Shown here: piece by piece, positions 43,203 through 58,318 of the stretch | How the letters are laid out: each line of letters opens with the position of its first letter | Numbering within the stretch: the first letter of the stretch is position 1 | Source of the DNA: Eledone cirrhosa | Taxonomy: Eukaryota | DNA: 64,000 bases | NCBI GenBank assembly: GCA_964016885.1 | Contig: OZ024742.1 | Coordinates: 263,190,001-263,254,000 of the forward strand | Direction of reading: 5' to 3' | The notes under the pieces: model-generated | What the model was told of the DNA's origin: nothing | The model's database searches: none | Seen by the model: only the letters and a program-made list of their open reading frames with translations | Program-made: the position numbers and the translations under genes

Positions 43203-43259
43203 AAGATCTAGAAGGAGAGAGAGGCGGTCATCATTGACTACAAGAACTTTGAGACCAAT
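43203..43259 (+). CDS. Ankyrin-domain gene exon, 57 nt (RSRRRERRSSLTTRTLRP)
   Basis: ttgtAG...GTAAGT; phase 2-2. Confidence 0.75.
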
Positions 43260-45826
43260 GTAAGTGAAATTTCTATCACATAGTGAAGTTGATGGCAAGT
43301 CTGGCATTGATTATTATTGAAGGAAATGAAGTTACTGGCTGTACTTCCATTAATTATTATAGAGGGAAATGGTGGTGTTAAATGACAGTCCTTGCATTGA
43401 TGATGCTAGTGTCAGTTGTGGTGCTGGCATTGTATTGATTTTGATAGTGGAGATAGTCGTTTTACAGATTATGTTTAAGTAAATAGCAGTATAATAATGA
43501 TGTTTATAGTGGTGGTGGTGGTAGTAGTAGCTATAGTGGTGTACATTGAAGTGCTGGTATTGGTGGTAGTTGTGGTTATGGTGCTCTAAGAGTGTATTAC
43601 AGTAACAGTGTAGTTTGTTTTTAAAACATTAAAGTTCATCTTTACTCATGTTGAACCTAATCATAAACTGTATAGATTTAACCAGTCTTAGGAGAAGGGT
43701 GCAGCACCTTACATGACTAATCCATAACAAATGTGAATAACCATTAATCACAAGTGGTTGTATCAACAGTTGACTACCCTATACATTCTTCCCTAGTTCC
43801 CTGCTAATAATATTACTACTTGGTAGTAGAGGTACACCAAAGGTGATATGCAAAAAGTGTTTGCATATTTAATCTTATTGTTATCAAACTGGTGGTTATT
43901 TTCAAAATGATTTGAAAATCATAAGCAATGTTTTTCATTAGAAATATGGTAACTGTAGGGTTGTGAAGGTCAGCTAGCAGAGTTGTTAGAGGCATTGGAT
44001 AGCTTGTTGTGATAATTGTTCCAGCTCTCTATGCTCTGAGCTCAAATCCTCTTGAGGTACACTTTGCCTTTCATCTGGCTGTCACATACTACTGAATCAA
44101 TGGTAGAAGGGTTGTGTAGGTTTTTCTGTCGGCGTGTGACTAACTGTGTACCTGAAACCATTAGCAACATGGAACCAAGACATAATTGTTAGCGATGGCC
44201 GTAGTTATATATTCTCACACATATATACTAGCAGAAAACCCAGCATTGTCCAGGCTTAAAAATAGTTACAAATAGATCCCAATTGTTTTAATGAAGGCAT
44301 GTCTATTTACTGTTAGCCTGAAGACTCTTGGCAGCATTAACTTTGTTGTTGTAGATTGTCTGTTTCTGCTATTCCCAAATTATTCTTGGCAACAGAGGAG
44401 ATTGAAATTTTGGGCCATCTTTTCTGTGGCATTGTTGATAGAAATAGCATTAAAAAAAACAACTAATAGGACTTTAATTAGAAATGAAATTGCAAGGTAA
44501 AAGAAAGGTGTCTAGAGCACTGGTTGTTTAATTCAAGTCAGAGAAAATATCAAATTATAAACAAAGTGTAGAAAGTAAGTCAAGAAATGAGAGGGGGAGA
44601 GAGAGAGATAGGTGAGTGAAAGTCAAAGGAGGTAATGATGTGAGAGAGAGAGAGAGAGAGAGAGAAAGTGAAAGTAAGAAAGGTTAAAAGGTTTGACTGC
44701 AGACAATGAAGCTAAGTGGAAGTGATAACAGTGGAGAGAACTTTTCATGGCATTACTGATGCCACTTCCAGGTTCAATAAGTATCAACTAAGTACTGGTT
44801 GACATAGTCATCTGTTCTGATTTCCCAAATTTCTGGTCTTTTGCATTTGTAAGAAATCATTGGATTGGCAGTATTGGTAGAGGGTCGGACGCCATGCTTT
44901 CCAGCATAATTACGTCCCTTTACGATATGAGTTCAAATCCCGCCGAGGTTGACTTTGCCTTTCATCCTTACGGGGTCGATAAAATAAAGTACCAGTAATG
45001 CACTGGGTAATTGCTGGCCTTGTGTTTAAAGTAGAAACAATTATTAAAAATGCAATTTTAAGTTAGAGGGAAATTAAAGAAATATGATTTTAAGTGAAAA
45101 TGCAATTTCAAGGAAAAGGGAAAGCACAAATGATTTGCAATTGCAAACACTGAGTTTCTAATTGGAGTTACAGAAGATGTAGAAATGTAAATAAATCATA
45201 GAGAGGGACAGATAATGAAGACTGAAAGTATAAGAGATAGAAAGCAAGAGAGAAAGGAAAACAACATAAAAGAGAGAGACTGGTGAGTAGAAATAACAGA
45301 TGGTAATACTATGAGAGAGAATGACAGTAAGAAGTAGAGAAGTAAAATGAATAGATTCAGATCTGTGATGGCAGTGGGAAAACAGTTGATAACTACATAA
45401 AAGAGAAGAGAGGAGAGGAGATGGATATATGCACACAACACATGAACCTTGTTAAATGTGTAATAGATGTGTGTGTATGTATATATAAATATATACCACA
45501 GGGTGTAACCATTGAAAACACATTGTACCTTCTTGGTATCATTCCTACAGCTTATTTCTGCATTGATAAAAGGTTCCAGCCAAAATGTCAGATCCCTTCT
45601 TCACTTTCTATTTGGTGTTAATATTTCTACTGTACACACTTGTTTTTATTTTTGTGCAAATATGTTGTCAAACAGATGTACTCTTTTTTTTTCATTTTTT
45701 GTTTACTCCATTTTTAACTTTTACGATTTAACCATTCATTATTCTTTTGTGTTGTCCTGACTTATATATGAATTAGCCTTTAAATTGTTTGACAATTCAT
45801 TCTCAATTAATCCTTATCTGTTTCAG

Positions 45827-45898
45827 CACACCTAAAACAGTTACAAGCCAGTATAATGAGTTGACTGTTGATGTCTGCCAACGAAATATCATAACTGA
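45827..45898 (+). CDS. Ankyrin-domain gene exon, 72 nt (TPKTVTSQYNELTVDVCQRNIIT)
   Basis: tttcAG...GTGAGT; phase 2-2. Confidence 0.75.
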
Positions 45899-46175
45899 GT
45901 GAGTATTGTTGTTAAGCATTTCTTAATTTAAAAAAAGCTGATTTTATCACAAATGTCTTTAAACTATAGAGTTGCTGGTAGTTGTAATGTTTAATATTCA
46001 ACTAGGATAGCATGTCAATCTCTCTTTCTAAGTGAACTGATGCAATGTTGAAAGAAATGTACTGCTCAGAGAGAGAGAGGCAGTGAAATTTACTGGGTGC
46101 ATTTTATAATGCTCCGAAACAAAGGTTAGTGGTCACTGACTCACTGAAGAGCCCTTCTACTGGGATTTCCTGGCA

Positions 46176-46430
46176 CTAAGCATCCATGCACATCACATGT
46201 CCATACCAATGCAGTCTTCCCTCTTGCACACCATTTCGGATTCCTCTTAAACCTAGTTTCTCCTTCAGTTCATCCAGGCTCTGCCTTTCCCTTACATTTA
46301 CATTGCACATCCAACAAAGCATAGTAGCTTCATTTCTCTCCAGCCTATGCATGTCCTCTGCGGTCACTGCCCATGTTTCACTAATATGCAACATTGTACT
46401 TTGTATGCATACATCATACAGCTGTGTTTT
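46176..46430 (-). mobile_element. RTE fragment
   Basis: MLHISETWAV...RLHWYGHVM. Confidence 0.8.
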
Positions 46431-46826
46431 GTACAAATATCTGTTTCTAACATTGACTCAAGATCAGCAATTGGGTGGATGTGGAATAGTCAATTATACC
46501 AAACAGTACTTTACAGGTACTTCATTTTATCAACATCAATGGGATTTGAACTCAGAATGTAGAAAGTCGTAACTAAATACTGCAAAGCATTTTGTCCAAT
46601 GCTCTGCTGATATTGCCAGTCCACTGCCTTACTCATACTTAAAATATCAGAAACTGTTTACAATATCTAATGGTAGATGATATGTAGTGTAATCAGTAAT
46701 ATAGTCACCCAGTAAGCAATAGATTCATGGTTCAAACTCTGTCAGTGGAAATATCACTTTCCTTTCTGTTATAATGTCTGATAATATTTACATTACAATC
46801 TTAGTAATATTTGTTGTTATTTTCAG

Positions 46827-46895
46827 AAATAACAAAGTGACAAATACTCCACCCATTGAGGATTTGAACCCTTCTCCAACTTTACCAACCATGAT
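46827..46895 (+). CDS. Ankyrin-domain gene exon, 69 nt (NNKVTNTPPIEDLNPSPTLPTM)
   Basis: tttcAG...GTAAGT; phase 2-2. Confidence 0.75.
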
Positions 46896-47260
46896 GTAAG
46901 TAGAACTTTTTATTCTGCTTTAATATTTTCTTCCATGTGTGTGTGTGTGTGTATCATCATCACTGTTTAACATCCATTTCCCTCACTAGCATGGGTTAGA
47001 CGAGTTGCCCTGTTGTGAGATAGACTAGGTCAGGTGACCATGTCTTGCTCATACAGAACTGAATTTGGCTTAGTTTCTACGAATACCCTTCCCAACGCTA
47101 ACCACAGTTACAGTGAGTACTGGGTACTTTTTGTCGAGACACCTATATGAATACTTTACAATGTGGGCTGGTTGCTTTTTGTCATGACATCTACATGACC
47201 ACCTTAAAATGGATTGTTGACACTTCGTTTTTCTTCTTTCATCATTTGAGACACCACATA

Positions 47261-47500
47261 TATCTATATATCTAAAATAGAGCATGTCTGTCTGTCTGAC
47301 TCTCTAAAACTCGAGAACCACCCACCAATTTTTTTCAACTTTTACACATGTAATACTTATGGTCGTGTGAGTGTTTTGAGCAAAACATATTTCAAATTTT
47401 CAATGCCCTAGGGACCGCATTAGATAGCTATAATGTCGCGCCCTTATAATATCTGTCTGTATATCTGACTGTCTGCATTACAACATTCTGACACTATCTG
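47261..47500 (+). mobile_element. Possible non-autonomous Helitron-like 5' end
   Basis: A|TCTATATATCTAAAA start followed by (GTCT)n. Confidence 0.35.
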
Positions 47501-48189
47501 TGTGTGTGTATATATAGTGTGTAACGTTTTTCGAAATATTTACTTGTGTTCACAGATTGATTTTCTTAGTTTCAGAAGATCCCATTAAGTGTGAAAGAAG
47601 CGATTCTTCGCTTAAACTTTAATCTGTTATTTTAATATATATAATTATATATTCGTGTACAGCTATTTTTGCATACACAATAACAAAATACAAACAAACG
47701 TATTTATTTCACGAGGCTCGATAAGGATAAATATATATCAAATATATAAGAACCCTAGAGCAAATATTGTTCTCATTGCTGACGAGGCAGAAGGGGATAT
47801 ACACGATTGCCTGAAGAAGAACGAAACTGTGTTAGTACGACCAACGGCCGTTATCACACCAACAGCAGCAAAAACAACAAAAAAGACAGGTTGAGTCAGG
47901 TGACTGTCTTGTTCAAACAGAACTGTTTCTGACTTGGTTTCTATGGCTAGATGCCCTTCCTCACGCTAACCACATTTACAGTGTGTGCTGGGTATTTTTT
48001 GTCATGGTTCCTACACGACGACATTACAGTGTGGGCTGGGTGTTTTTTGTTGTGATACCAACATGACAACTTTACAGTGTAAGGGTGGTGTGAACAGAAG
48101 TGGGAGGTGTGTGGAAGGGGAACTATAGTGGTTAAGGAGTGCCTTCTATATTACTGCATAATGCCAAAGATCTCGATCTTGTGTCCTAG

Positions 48190-48640
48190 TTTTCTAAGAG
48201 CCCACCAGATAATGGAACTGGGACTCTGTTAAAGGCTTTCTACAAGTCAACAAAAGCTAAGTAGAGGGGTTTACTTTTAGCTAGGTACTTCTGCAGTTGT
48301 CTCATGATGAAGATAGCATCTGTGGTACTTTTACCTGGCACAAATCCAAACTACATTTCATCAAGATAAAATCAGTCCCTAATTATCTGTGCGATAACTC
48401 TTTCTGTGACCTTCATGTTCTGGTCAACCAACTTAATACCTCTATAGTTTTCTCTGTCTAGAACATCCCCTTTGCTCTAGTAGCAGTTAATGATGATGCT
48501 GTTATGCCATTCATTTGTTATGACACCATTTTGTATTACTTGGTGTACAAGAATGGTGACTATGGTGTGGCACACCATCCCAGATGCTTTCAGCATCCTA
48601 GCAACTATCCTCAAAGGTTCAGCTGCCTATCCTGTCTTCA
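48190..48640 (-). mobile_element. RTE RT fragment
   Basis: Paralogous to 14560-14790 and extends further into the RT N-terminal region. Confidence 0.75.
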
Positions 48641-48719
48641 TATCTTTGATTGTTTTATTTATTAGACTACTGCTGTATATATATACTAGCTGGCCCGTCC
48701 GGCTGGCGCCCGGCTACCA

Positions 48720-49572
48720 TTGGCATGTTCTATGGCATCCAGATATATATGTGCAATAGTAATATACGTGAACGGCAAAGCATAAACGAACTAAGGAAAA
48801 AATTAGAAATAAGAGGGATCAGATGTTGTTTACTCGAGAGAAGGCTACGTTGGTACGGTCACGTGATGCGCATGAAAGACGACAGCTGTATAACAAAGTG
48901 CAGGGCAATAAAGATAGACGGTAGCCACGGAGTAGGCAGACCCAGAAAAACATGGGACGAGCTGATAAATTCCGACCTCACACGCTTACACCTCTCCAAG
49001 ACAATGTCACTGGACCGAGACCTTTGGCGGTACTCAGTAATAGAGAAGACCCGCCTTACCTAAATACAAAGTAAAAACCTACTACAGTCAGTAGGCATCT
49101 CTATCAAAACACACCCCCGTCCCACCACCTCCACCCCACCCACACCGCCCCTTTCAATGTAAAGTTATGTTGGTCCCACAACATCCAGGCCGAAACAATT
49201 GAGATCGTGTAGGTGTCACGACAAAAAACACACAGTCCACGCTGTAAATGTGGCCGTGTAGGCAACACGGTAAAAACCTCCCAGCCCCACACTGTAAATG
49301 TGGTTGGTGTTAGGAAGGGCATCCAGCTGTAGAAAACCCGCCAGACAGTCCACGCTGTAATGTGGCCGTGTAGGCAACACGGTAAAAACCTCCCAGCCCC
49401 ACACTGTAAATGTGGTTGGTGTTAGGAAGGGCATCCAACTGTAGAAAACCCGCCAGACAGTCCTATGCGAGCAAGACAACCACTCTTGCCTCAAGTGGGA
49501 AAACCCCCGTCCAAACCCATGCAAGCGTGGAACACGGACGCTAAACCTGATGATGATGATGATGATGATGAT
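48720..49572 (+). mobile_element. RTE LINE 3' end with a ~120-bp internal UTR duplication and (GAT)n tail
   Basis: RRLRWYGHVMRM...GRPRKTW; UTR unit repeated at ~49232-49346 and ~49346-49470. Confidence 0.88.
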
Positions 49573-49621
49573 AGCTGATGTACCTAGCTTCGCTTGGATA
49601 AACAGACGATAAGCCGTCTGT

Positions 49622-50460
<839 letters not shown>

Positions 50461-50664
50461 TGTACACGAATATATAATTATATATGCAGTTTAGGTTTGT
50501 GTCAGCTTTTAGTATATATATATAATATAATGAAATTATTGTGTAAAGTGTTCAGGTGCACTACAACTCGTCAAAGGTGCATGTATAGTACATAGAATAA
50601 TACACAAATGTCAGGGAAGTGAATAGTGTATGAGTCATGGTATACATATGTGTATGGAGGGGGA

Positions 50665-51255
50665 ACATTAGGTGTAGTGTTGGCGAATCTCGGGAAGCAT
50701 GGAGGCCTTAAAGGAGGCAGTGTCTCGACAGCTAACAACTGATGCAGGTAGTTTGCTCCATGCTTCAGCAACTCTGAGCATGAAAAAATGTTTCCGAAAG
50801 TCATGGGAACTGTGCTGTTTTCTGACTTTGTGGGCATGCTCACGTGTGTTAGACACATGGGAATCAAAAAGGTACTCAGGGTTGTTGTTGGCAAGATGGT
50901 TAACAATTTTGTGGGTGTTTACCAAGTCAGTTGCCAGGCGTCGGAGCTTCAATGTATCCATGCCCAGAGAAGCAAGGCGTTCAGAGTATGGTAGATGCCT
51001 GATGGAAGGTATTCGCTTGGTTGCACGTCTCTGAACAGTTTCCAAGCGGTCAATGTTCTGAGCAAGATAGGGGTTCCAGACTGGTGATACAAATTCTAAG
51101 TGTGGCTGCACCATAGCCATGTACAGCCTTAAATAGATAGCTGGAGAGCGGCTGACAAAGGTCTTGCTGAGTGATGCTGAGACACCCTCGGCCCTCTTGA
51201 CAATTTTAGAGACGTGCTTCATCCAACGCAAATCCCTGCTGACCGTAATGCAGAC
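50665..51255 (-). mobile_element. CR1-clade LINE 3' fragment
   Basis: LYMAMVQPHLEF.SPVWNP...LETVQRRATK...YSERLASLG..TL..RR..DL. Confidence 0.9.
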
Positions 51256-51264
51256 TCTATGATG

Positions 51265-51936
51265 CATGCATATGAACAGCAATGTTACATGGGCGCTGTG
51301 TGTAGAAGTCTTGCGTAGATTAGAAAAAAACGAAGCTTGCATGCTCCGATGGATGTGTAATAGTAATATACACGAACAGCAAACAAACAAATTGAGAGAG
51401 AGACTGAGCATAAGAGGAATCAAATACTGTGTGCAGGAGAGGAAGTTGCGTTGGTATGGACATGTGATGCGTATGAAGGATGACAGCTGCATAAAAAGGT
51501 GCAGAGCACTAGAAGTCGATGGAAGCGTTGGAGTGGGGAGACCCAAAAAGACCTGGGATGAGTTGATAAAAGCCGACCTTACCCAATTGCACCTCTCAAA
51601 GGTGATGACATAGGACCGTGACCTATGGCGTCATGCAGTAATACAGGCAATATGCCCCCACCCGTTCCCACTGCAAAGTGTTCATGGAGGAGTCACGACA
51701 AAAAAGCACCCAGCCCACACTGTAAAGTGGTCATGTAGGCGCCACAAAAAAAGCACCCAGCACTCACTGTAAATGAAGTTGGTGTTAGGAATGGCATCCA
51801 GCTGTAGAAATCAAGCCAAAATCTGTTCTCGTATGAGCAAGACAGGGTCACCCGACCTGGCACTGGCCACAACAGGACAACTCGTCTAACCCATGCTAGC
51901 GTGGAAGAATGGACATAAAACAGTGATGATGATGAT
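51265..51936 (+). mobile_element. RTE LINE 3' end
   Basis: RKLRWYGHVMRM...GRPKKTW, followed by UTR and (GAT)n tail. Confidence 0.9.
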
Positions 51937-52615
51937 ATTGCCAACATCCAGTACTGCATAAAAATCTCACCTGCCTGCATAAAAATGTGACCTCAGAGCT
52001 GACCTGTAGCTAAACATCAACAACCACATTTCTTCAGCTACTATCTGTCTAAAGATTCATCACACCTGATGTAATACTTAACGATGACATTATTAACCTG
52101 TCTGAAAATGTACCTTGTTCTATAATACAAGGATGTTTATTTCAAAGTGTTTATATTTATCTAAAAACCTTCCATTTTAATTTTGTGTAAGAACCTTTTT
52201 GATGTTTCAAACATCAGCTTAAGGATTATGGCACAAGGCTAACAATTTGTTGGGAGCAATAAGTCAATTACATTGACCTCTGTGTGTGACAGATCCTTTA
52301 TTTTATTGACCTCAGCAAAGTTGATCATGGCACGCTTTGTACTCAGAACATAATGGGCTGTAACTAAATGCTGCAAAGTATTTTATCCAACACTCTAAAG
52401 ATTCTGAGAAACACCAGCTTAATAATGAGAAAGTTAGTTATATTACTAAATTCATCCAAATTCTCGATTATTTGAAAATTTCCAGTAGTGTTTTTCATTA
52501 GAAATATGGTAAGGAATGGGTTAATATTTTCAGGCCAGACTCTACTACATGCAGCATGAGCATGACAAACCATTATTGAAACTGTGTATTAATATTCTAC
52601 TATCTATTTCTGTAG

Positions 52616-52681
52616 GACCGAACCACTGACTCCAGCTGAAACACCTGTTCATACTACAGATACAGACATGCCATCATTCCT
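52616..52681 (+). CDS. Ankyrin-domain gene exon, 66 nt (TEPLTPAETPVHTTDTDMPSF)
   Basis: ctgtAG...GTAAGT; phase 2-2. Confidence 0.75.
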
Positions 52682-53099
52682 GTAAGTACAGCAGATTACT
52701 CTGTTTTACCAACAAGCTAGGTTATTACAGTATATACACTCAGGGCTGTATATAGGTATGGTGTGAAAAGCGGGAGTTTTTGCCATTATTATCATTGTTT
52801 TTATGTCCACTTTTCCATGCTGGCATGGGTTTGGACGCGATGGTTTGAGACAATAAATTACAACCAGATGCCCTTCCTAACGTCAACCCTTTTAGCCACC
52901 TCTTACGACAGTCCAGGATATAGTGCACCTATTCTAAAAAAGCAGGTACACAGACGATACACAAAAATCACAAAATAGTCCTTTGTGCCTTGTGCGCTGA
53001 CAAATGGAATGTATTTGTGACAGCGATAGATACAGGAAGAGGAGGAAAATATGAGGACAGTTCTCTTATGGGTTGTACTGATGGACTTCATAGTTTCCA

Positions 53100-53745
53100 T
53101 CTATCAGTTTCATTTACAATGCATAAGATACTTTATCAAATTTACCTGATTGCTGCTGCCAATAATAATAATATTAAAAGACATGACATGACAAGGTCTT
53201 TATAAACATTCATGTGTGTGTCATGCAAAAAACATGGATTAGTGGTCCCAGCAAGTTCCAGAAACTGTCCTTAATGACAGACAAACTCAAGATACTCAGC
53301 AACTTCACTGTCCAAATGGACTACAGACTTGAACACAATAAACCTGATATTCTAATTATGCATAGAAAAAGTTATAAATTCCAATTTATTGGTGTTACTA
53401 TCCTAGGATCCACAATATATAGCCTTGGAAAAAAATTTTAAAATAATAAAATATACTGACATGAAGATGGAATGGCACGAATTTCATTAATACTACCTGA
53501 CAACTTCAAGATAATTCCAGTTGTCATTGGAGCTATGAGCTCAATACCATTAAAACTGAGAGGTTATCCTAAGCAAATAAACCTTGAACCACAAATTGCT
53601 CTCCTACAAAAGTTTGCTCTGTTAGGCACTGTGCATACACTAAGGAAAGTAGTCAGTCTAGAGTCCTTATTGAGACTCAACAAACAATAGAAGACCCAGT
53701 AATAATCATATTTACTGTGTGGACCATCTATAATAATAATAATCA
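53100..53745 (+). mobile_element. R4/Dong-like non-LTR 3' fragment (restriction-like endonuclease)
   Basis: KRHD, EHNKPDILI, IIPVVIGAM and LQKFALLGTVHTLRKV motifs; (TAA)n-like tail. Confidence 0.75.
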
Positions 53746-55015
53746 TCATCATCGATTAACGTCTTTCTTCCATGCTAGCATGGGTTAGACAGGTCCCATT
53801 TAGAGGCAAGTTGGGTCAATTGACCGTGTCTCGCTCATATAGGGGTGTTTCTGGCTGGATGCCCTTCCTAACGCCAACCACATTGACAGTGTGTGCTGGG
53901 TGCTTTTTGCCGTGTCTTTTACACGTTCACTTTACAGTGTGGGCTTGGTGCTTTTTGCTGTGTCGTTTACATGTCCACTTTACAGTGTGGGCTGGTGGGG
54001 AGAGATACTGTACACATGCTTCAGCTTGTGCTCATGGGAAGTCGGGTCTTCTGTATTACTGTGTATTGCCAGAGATCCCGGTCATGTGTCATTGTCTTTG
54101 AGAGGTGCAATTGGGCAAGGTCGGCTTTTATCACCTCATCCCAAGGCGTCCAATGACTTTGGCGCTCTGCACTTTTTTATGCTGTCATCCTTCATACGCA
54201 ACACATGTCCATACCAATGCAATCTCCTCTCTTGCACACAGCATTTTATTCCTCTTATGCCTAGTTTCTTTCTCAGTTCATTTATGCTTCGCCGTTCTCA
54301 TATATTACTATTACACATCCATCGGAGCATGCAGGCTTTATTTCTTTCCAATCTACCCAAGTCTTCTGCACACAACGCCCAAGTCTCACTACCATGCAAC
54401 ATAGCTGTACATATGCACCCATGCATCATACAGTCTGCCTTTCATTCTGAGGGAGAAGCCTTTTGTAGCCAGCAATGGGAGTAGCTCCCTGAACTTCCTC
54501 CATACTGTTCTTACTCTGGCTACTGTACTTTCAGAACACCCACCACCGTTGCTAATTCGGTGACCTAAGTAGCAGAAGCTATCTACTGTTTTTACAGAGC
54601 CCTCCAAGACTTTGGTACCGCTTGTTTCCTGCTTACTGTTCCAGTGCAACTGCTACATGTAAAGCCTTCATTCTTAGCTAAACCTCCACCATGGATTCAG
54701 CTATGAGCATAAGATCATTCGCGTTCAGAAGTTCCCATGGGTAGCCGGTCTTAAACTCCTGTTATAGTCTGCAAAACGATAATAAACTGGAGTGGGCACC
54801 AACTTGTACGCTAAATTCCTCGCTATAGTCATTGTTAATCCTGACTTTACTGACTGCTCCTCTATATATGGCTTGTACAGCCTTCACAAGCCACACATCT
54901 ACTCCTAGTTTTCTAAGAGTCCACCAAATTATGTCACGGGGCACTGTCAAAAGCTTTCTCCAGATCAACAAATGCTAAGTAGAGAGGCTTACTTTTAGCT
55001 AGGTACTTTTCCTGT
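53746..55015 (-). mobile_element. Decayed RTE LINE
   Basis: VPRDIIWWTLRKLGV and SFCYLGHRIS motifs; 3' UTR matches the other copies. Confidence 0.85.
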
Positions 55016-56179
55016 AATTATAAGGGCAGTGGATTGGCAGTATCGGTGAAATGTGAGACACCATGCTTTACAGCACAGAGTTACGGCCCTTTATGATCTG
55101 AGTTCAAATCTCGCCGATGTTACTTTGTCTTTCATCCTTATGGGGTTGATAAAATAAAGTACCAGTCACGCACTGGGGTCGATTTAATCAACTTTCCCCT
55201 CCCCTAAAATTGCTGGCCTTGTGCCTATATAAGAAACAATTATTATTAAGTATCACAGTAGAGCTCTGAGAAGGGGCAGCAAATACAGTTTGACCACACA
55301 AAAGTCCATTTTTTTGCTTGATTATTTTCATCTCAAAATATATTTTTTCCATGGGCAATTATATATCAGTTGAAAGTTCTGAATGTGAACTTCTCATATA
55401 CTTTTGATCAAAATCTGACACTTGCAATATTATTCGGGCTCCTCTCAATCATCCTCGTATTTCCACCCATTTACAACTTTAGTCCCAGGACTAAACAGAA
55501 CTTAATTTTCTGCCTTGGAACCACTTTTCTGATTTGACTCAATTCTCCCCCACGGTTCCTCTAATTTCCCTTTACCCTCACACACACACAACTCCAGCCA
55601 CCACACAATGCACCCCCACATTTACAACATCCATATATACTACTCCACACACAACCGTCAATCCTACACTTTCTGATGTACGCACATGTATGTGCCCACA
55701 AACACCGACATGGCGTTGTTGGTGTTGAATGTTTCCTAAGATTTACTCCATTCCCACTTTTCCTATATATATCATCATCATCGTTTAACGTCTATCTTCC
55801 ATGCTAGCACAAGTTAGACGGGAGTTGTCTCGCTCGTATAGGACTATCTGGCAGGTTTTCTACAGCTGGATGCCCTTCCTAACACCAACAACATTTACAG
55901 TGTGGACTGGGAACTTTTTACTGTGTTACCTACAAGGACACATTACAGCGTGGACTGTGTTTTTTGTTGTGACACCTACACGATCTCAATCTCATTATCT
56001 CATTAGTTTGGACTGGATGTTGTGGTACCAACATAACTTTACAGAGAAAGGGTGGTGTTGGTGGAAGTGGGAGGATGGAGTAGGAGTAGTGGGTTGGGGT
56101 GTATATTTGGTTAAGAGGTGCCACTGACTGTAGGTTTTGCTTTGTACATAGGCAAGGCGGATCTTATATATATATCATT

Positions 56180-56526
56180 CATCATCATCATCATCATTTC
56201 ATTTTACGTCCGCTTTTTCCCTGCTTGCAAGGGTGGGACGGGAACTGATGCTGGCTTGATTTCTACAGCTGGATGCCCTTCCTAACGCCAACCTCATTTA
56301 CAGTGAGTGCTGGGTGCTTTTTTTCCGTGGCACCTCCACGACCACTTTGCAGTGGAATGATAGGGACTCCAGTCCCTATCATCTCATTTCTATAGTTGAG
56401 TAAACTGGAGCAATGTGAAATAAAGTGTCTTGCTCAAGGAAACAACACATCACCCGGTCTGAGAATTGAACTCACAACCTTTCGATTGCAAGGCCAATGC
56501 TCTAACCACTAAGCCATGTGCTTCCA
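56180..56526 (-). mobile_element. tRNA-derived SINE, same family as 6176-6523
   Basis: Near full-length reverse-complement match. Confidence 0.88.
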
Positions 56527-56528
56527 TT

Positions 56529-56570
<42 letters not shown>

Positions 56571-56809
56571 AATATAATGAATCAAAACATATCAAATATA
56601 TATATAATTTTTTTTTTTTTTAACCAATGTTTTAGTATACCAGATTTAACTGGTATTAATAAAATGCCTGAAATGGATTAACAGATAGGAAGAGAGAGAG
56701 AGAGAGAGAGAGATGATTTGATTTTGAGTATAAGTGTGGTAGGGCCTTGTACATAGCCAATGTTTATTGGCACTATATAACAAGTTATGTCATATTGGTC
56801 TCCTTTCAG

Positions 56810-56975
56810 GAAGGAACAAGTTCACACTATCAGATGTCCGCCTTTCTGTACTAAATATTGCACCAGCAAACACAGTAAACTACTTTTAGCACTTCTTAAC
56901 TGTGATGACAGTACTGACAACTTCCAAGAGTCAGCATCTTTCAAATATCTGCAGAACACCATTAGTTATTATGAG
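56810..56975 (+). CDS. Ankyrin-domain gene exon (KEQVHTIRCPPFCTKYC...SYYE)
   Basis: tttcAG...GTtggt; phase 2 to 0, compatible with both neighbouring exons. Confidence 0.75.
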
Positions 56976-58233
56976 GTTGGTATTATTTCTGCTGCATTCA
57001 ATTTTGTGTCTCTTTCTCTGTTTGCGTGTATGTCTCATTGTTTTTTTAATCTTTTTTTCACTTTCATAGTTATTAGGTCAAATCAGTAAAATGGTAATTT
57101 AACTTTATGTACAGTTGCAAACCTCACTAATAGCTTCAATACCAATTATCTTTTGTCAACAGTTAACCATGATCACATCAACCACCACCAAATTCTCTGG
57201 TATCATCCAAATAAGCCAAACTGTAAACCAGATGTCTATCACACTACACCCCACACAATATACCCACACTATCACACAACCACCTCACATTACATACCTA
57301 TACTATCACACTACCACACTACACCCCACAAACCACACTCCGACTACCAAACAACATAGCCACACTATCATACATCTCCCCACATATCACATTCCAACTA
57401 ACACACAACACACCCAGACAACCACAAAACATACTCAAATTGTGACAGTATATACTTAGACTGCCATACTACCAATAACATAGACAGACTGCCACACCAT
57501 TTTTCTTTACATGCCTTAACTGCTTAATATGCTATACTCAACATAACCTGACTATCTCACTCTCACTACCCACCAAGCTAACACCATATAATAGTACCAA
57601 TGATGTGGTGTAAGTTAAAAAGCATATTTCCGTTTTAAAGGTACTTGCTTCAATAGTTCATGTATTTATTATATATTTGTTGATAACATTATTGAAAATA
57701 GAGATAGAATAATGTAAAATAGTATTTGTTAAATTCCTTTATTTCGGGTTCTGTAAGTCAATGAATTTAACCCACAGTCACTCTGAATGAAAACTAATAC
57801 AAAGTATGGAGGACCCTTAAGACCTGTCGGACAACCTCTCTAGTGCTGGTGGCATGATAAAATGCTGTAAATTGGTTGGTGATAGGAAGGGCATCCAGCC
57901 AGATCATCCCTGCTAAAAATTATGAAAAGCACAACCTATAATACAAACACAAATTGTGTATATGGTGAATACTAATTATGTTAGTGCTACTGAGGTAGTG
58001 AAAGCAGATCTTAAAATGTTGAACTTCATAAAGGAGATGGCAAAGGAACACAACAAAGATCCGTCTATTCCGTGCAAGCATGAGAAGAGAGACGTAAAAA
58101 GAATGATGATGATATTGATGATATCATATTTACCAATCTTTATTTTTGTTAAAAGATAGTTAATTATGAATTAATGGATTAATATATATTAATAGTTTTA
58201 AATAATTTGTATTATTTACATGATTTCTTTTAG

Positions 58234-58318
58234 AAAAAGAATTGGAGGAGAAATTCAGCCATATTTGATGTGAATCGTGAATACCGATATCCTTTAATGC
58301 ACTGGGCAGCAATTCTTA
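58234..58318 (+). CDS. Ankyrin-domain gene exon (KKNWRRNSAIFDVNREYRYPLMHWAAIL)
   Basis: ttttAG...GTAAGT; phase 0 to 1; ankyrin-type PL.HWAA helix. Confidence 0.85.

Noticed and set aside
47779-47835. Hammerhead-like CTGACGA...CTGAAGA...GAAACTGTGTT
   Set aside because: Stems I and II cannot be closed in register with the core; it is at best a decayed copy.
50668-51546. 292-aa ORF as a single gene
   Set aside because: It is a chance fusion of antisense RTE sequence with a CR1 fragment.
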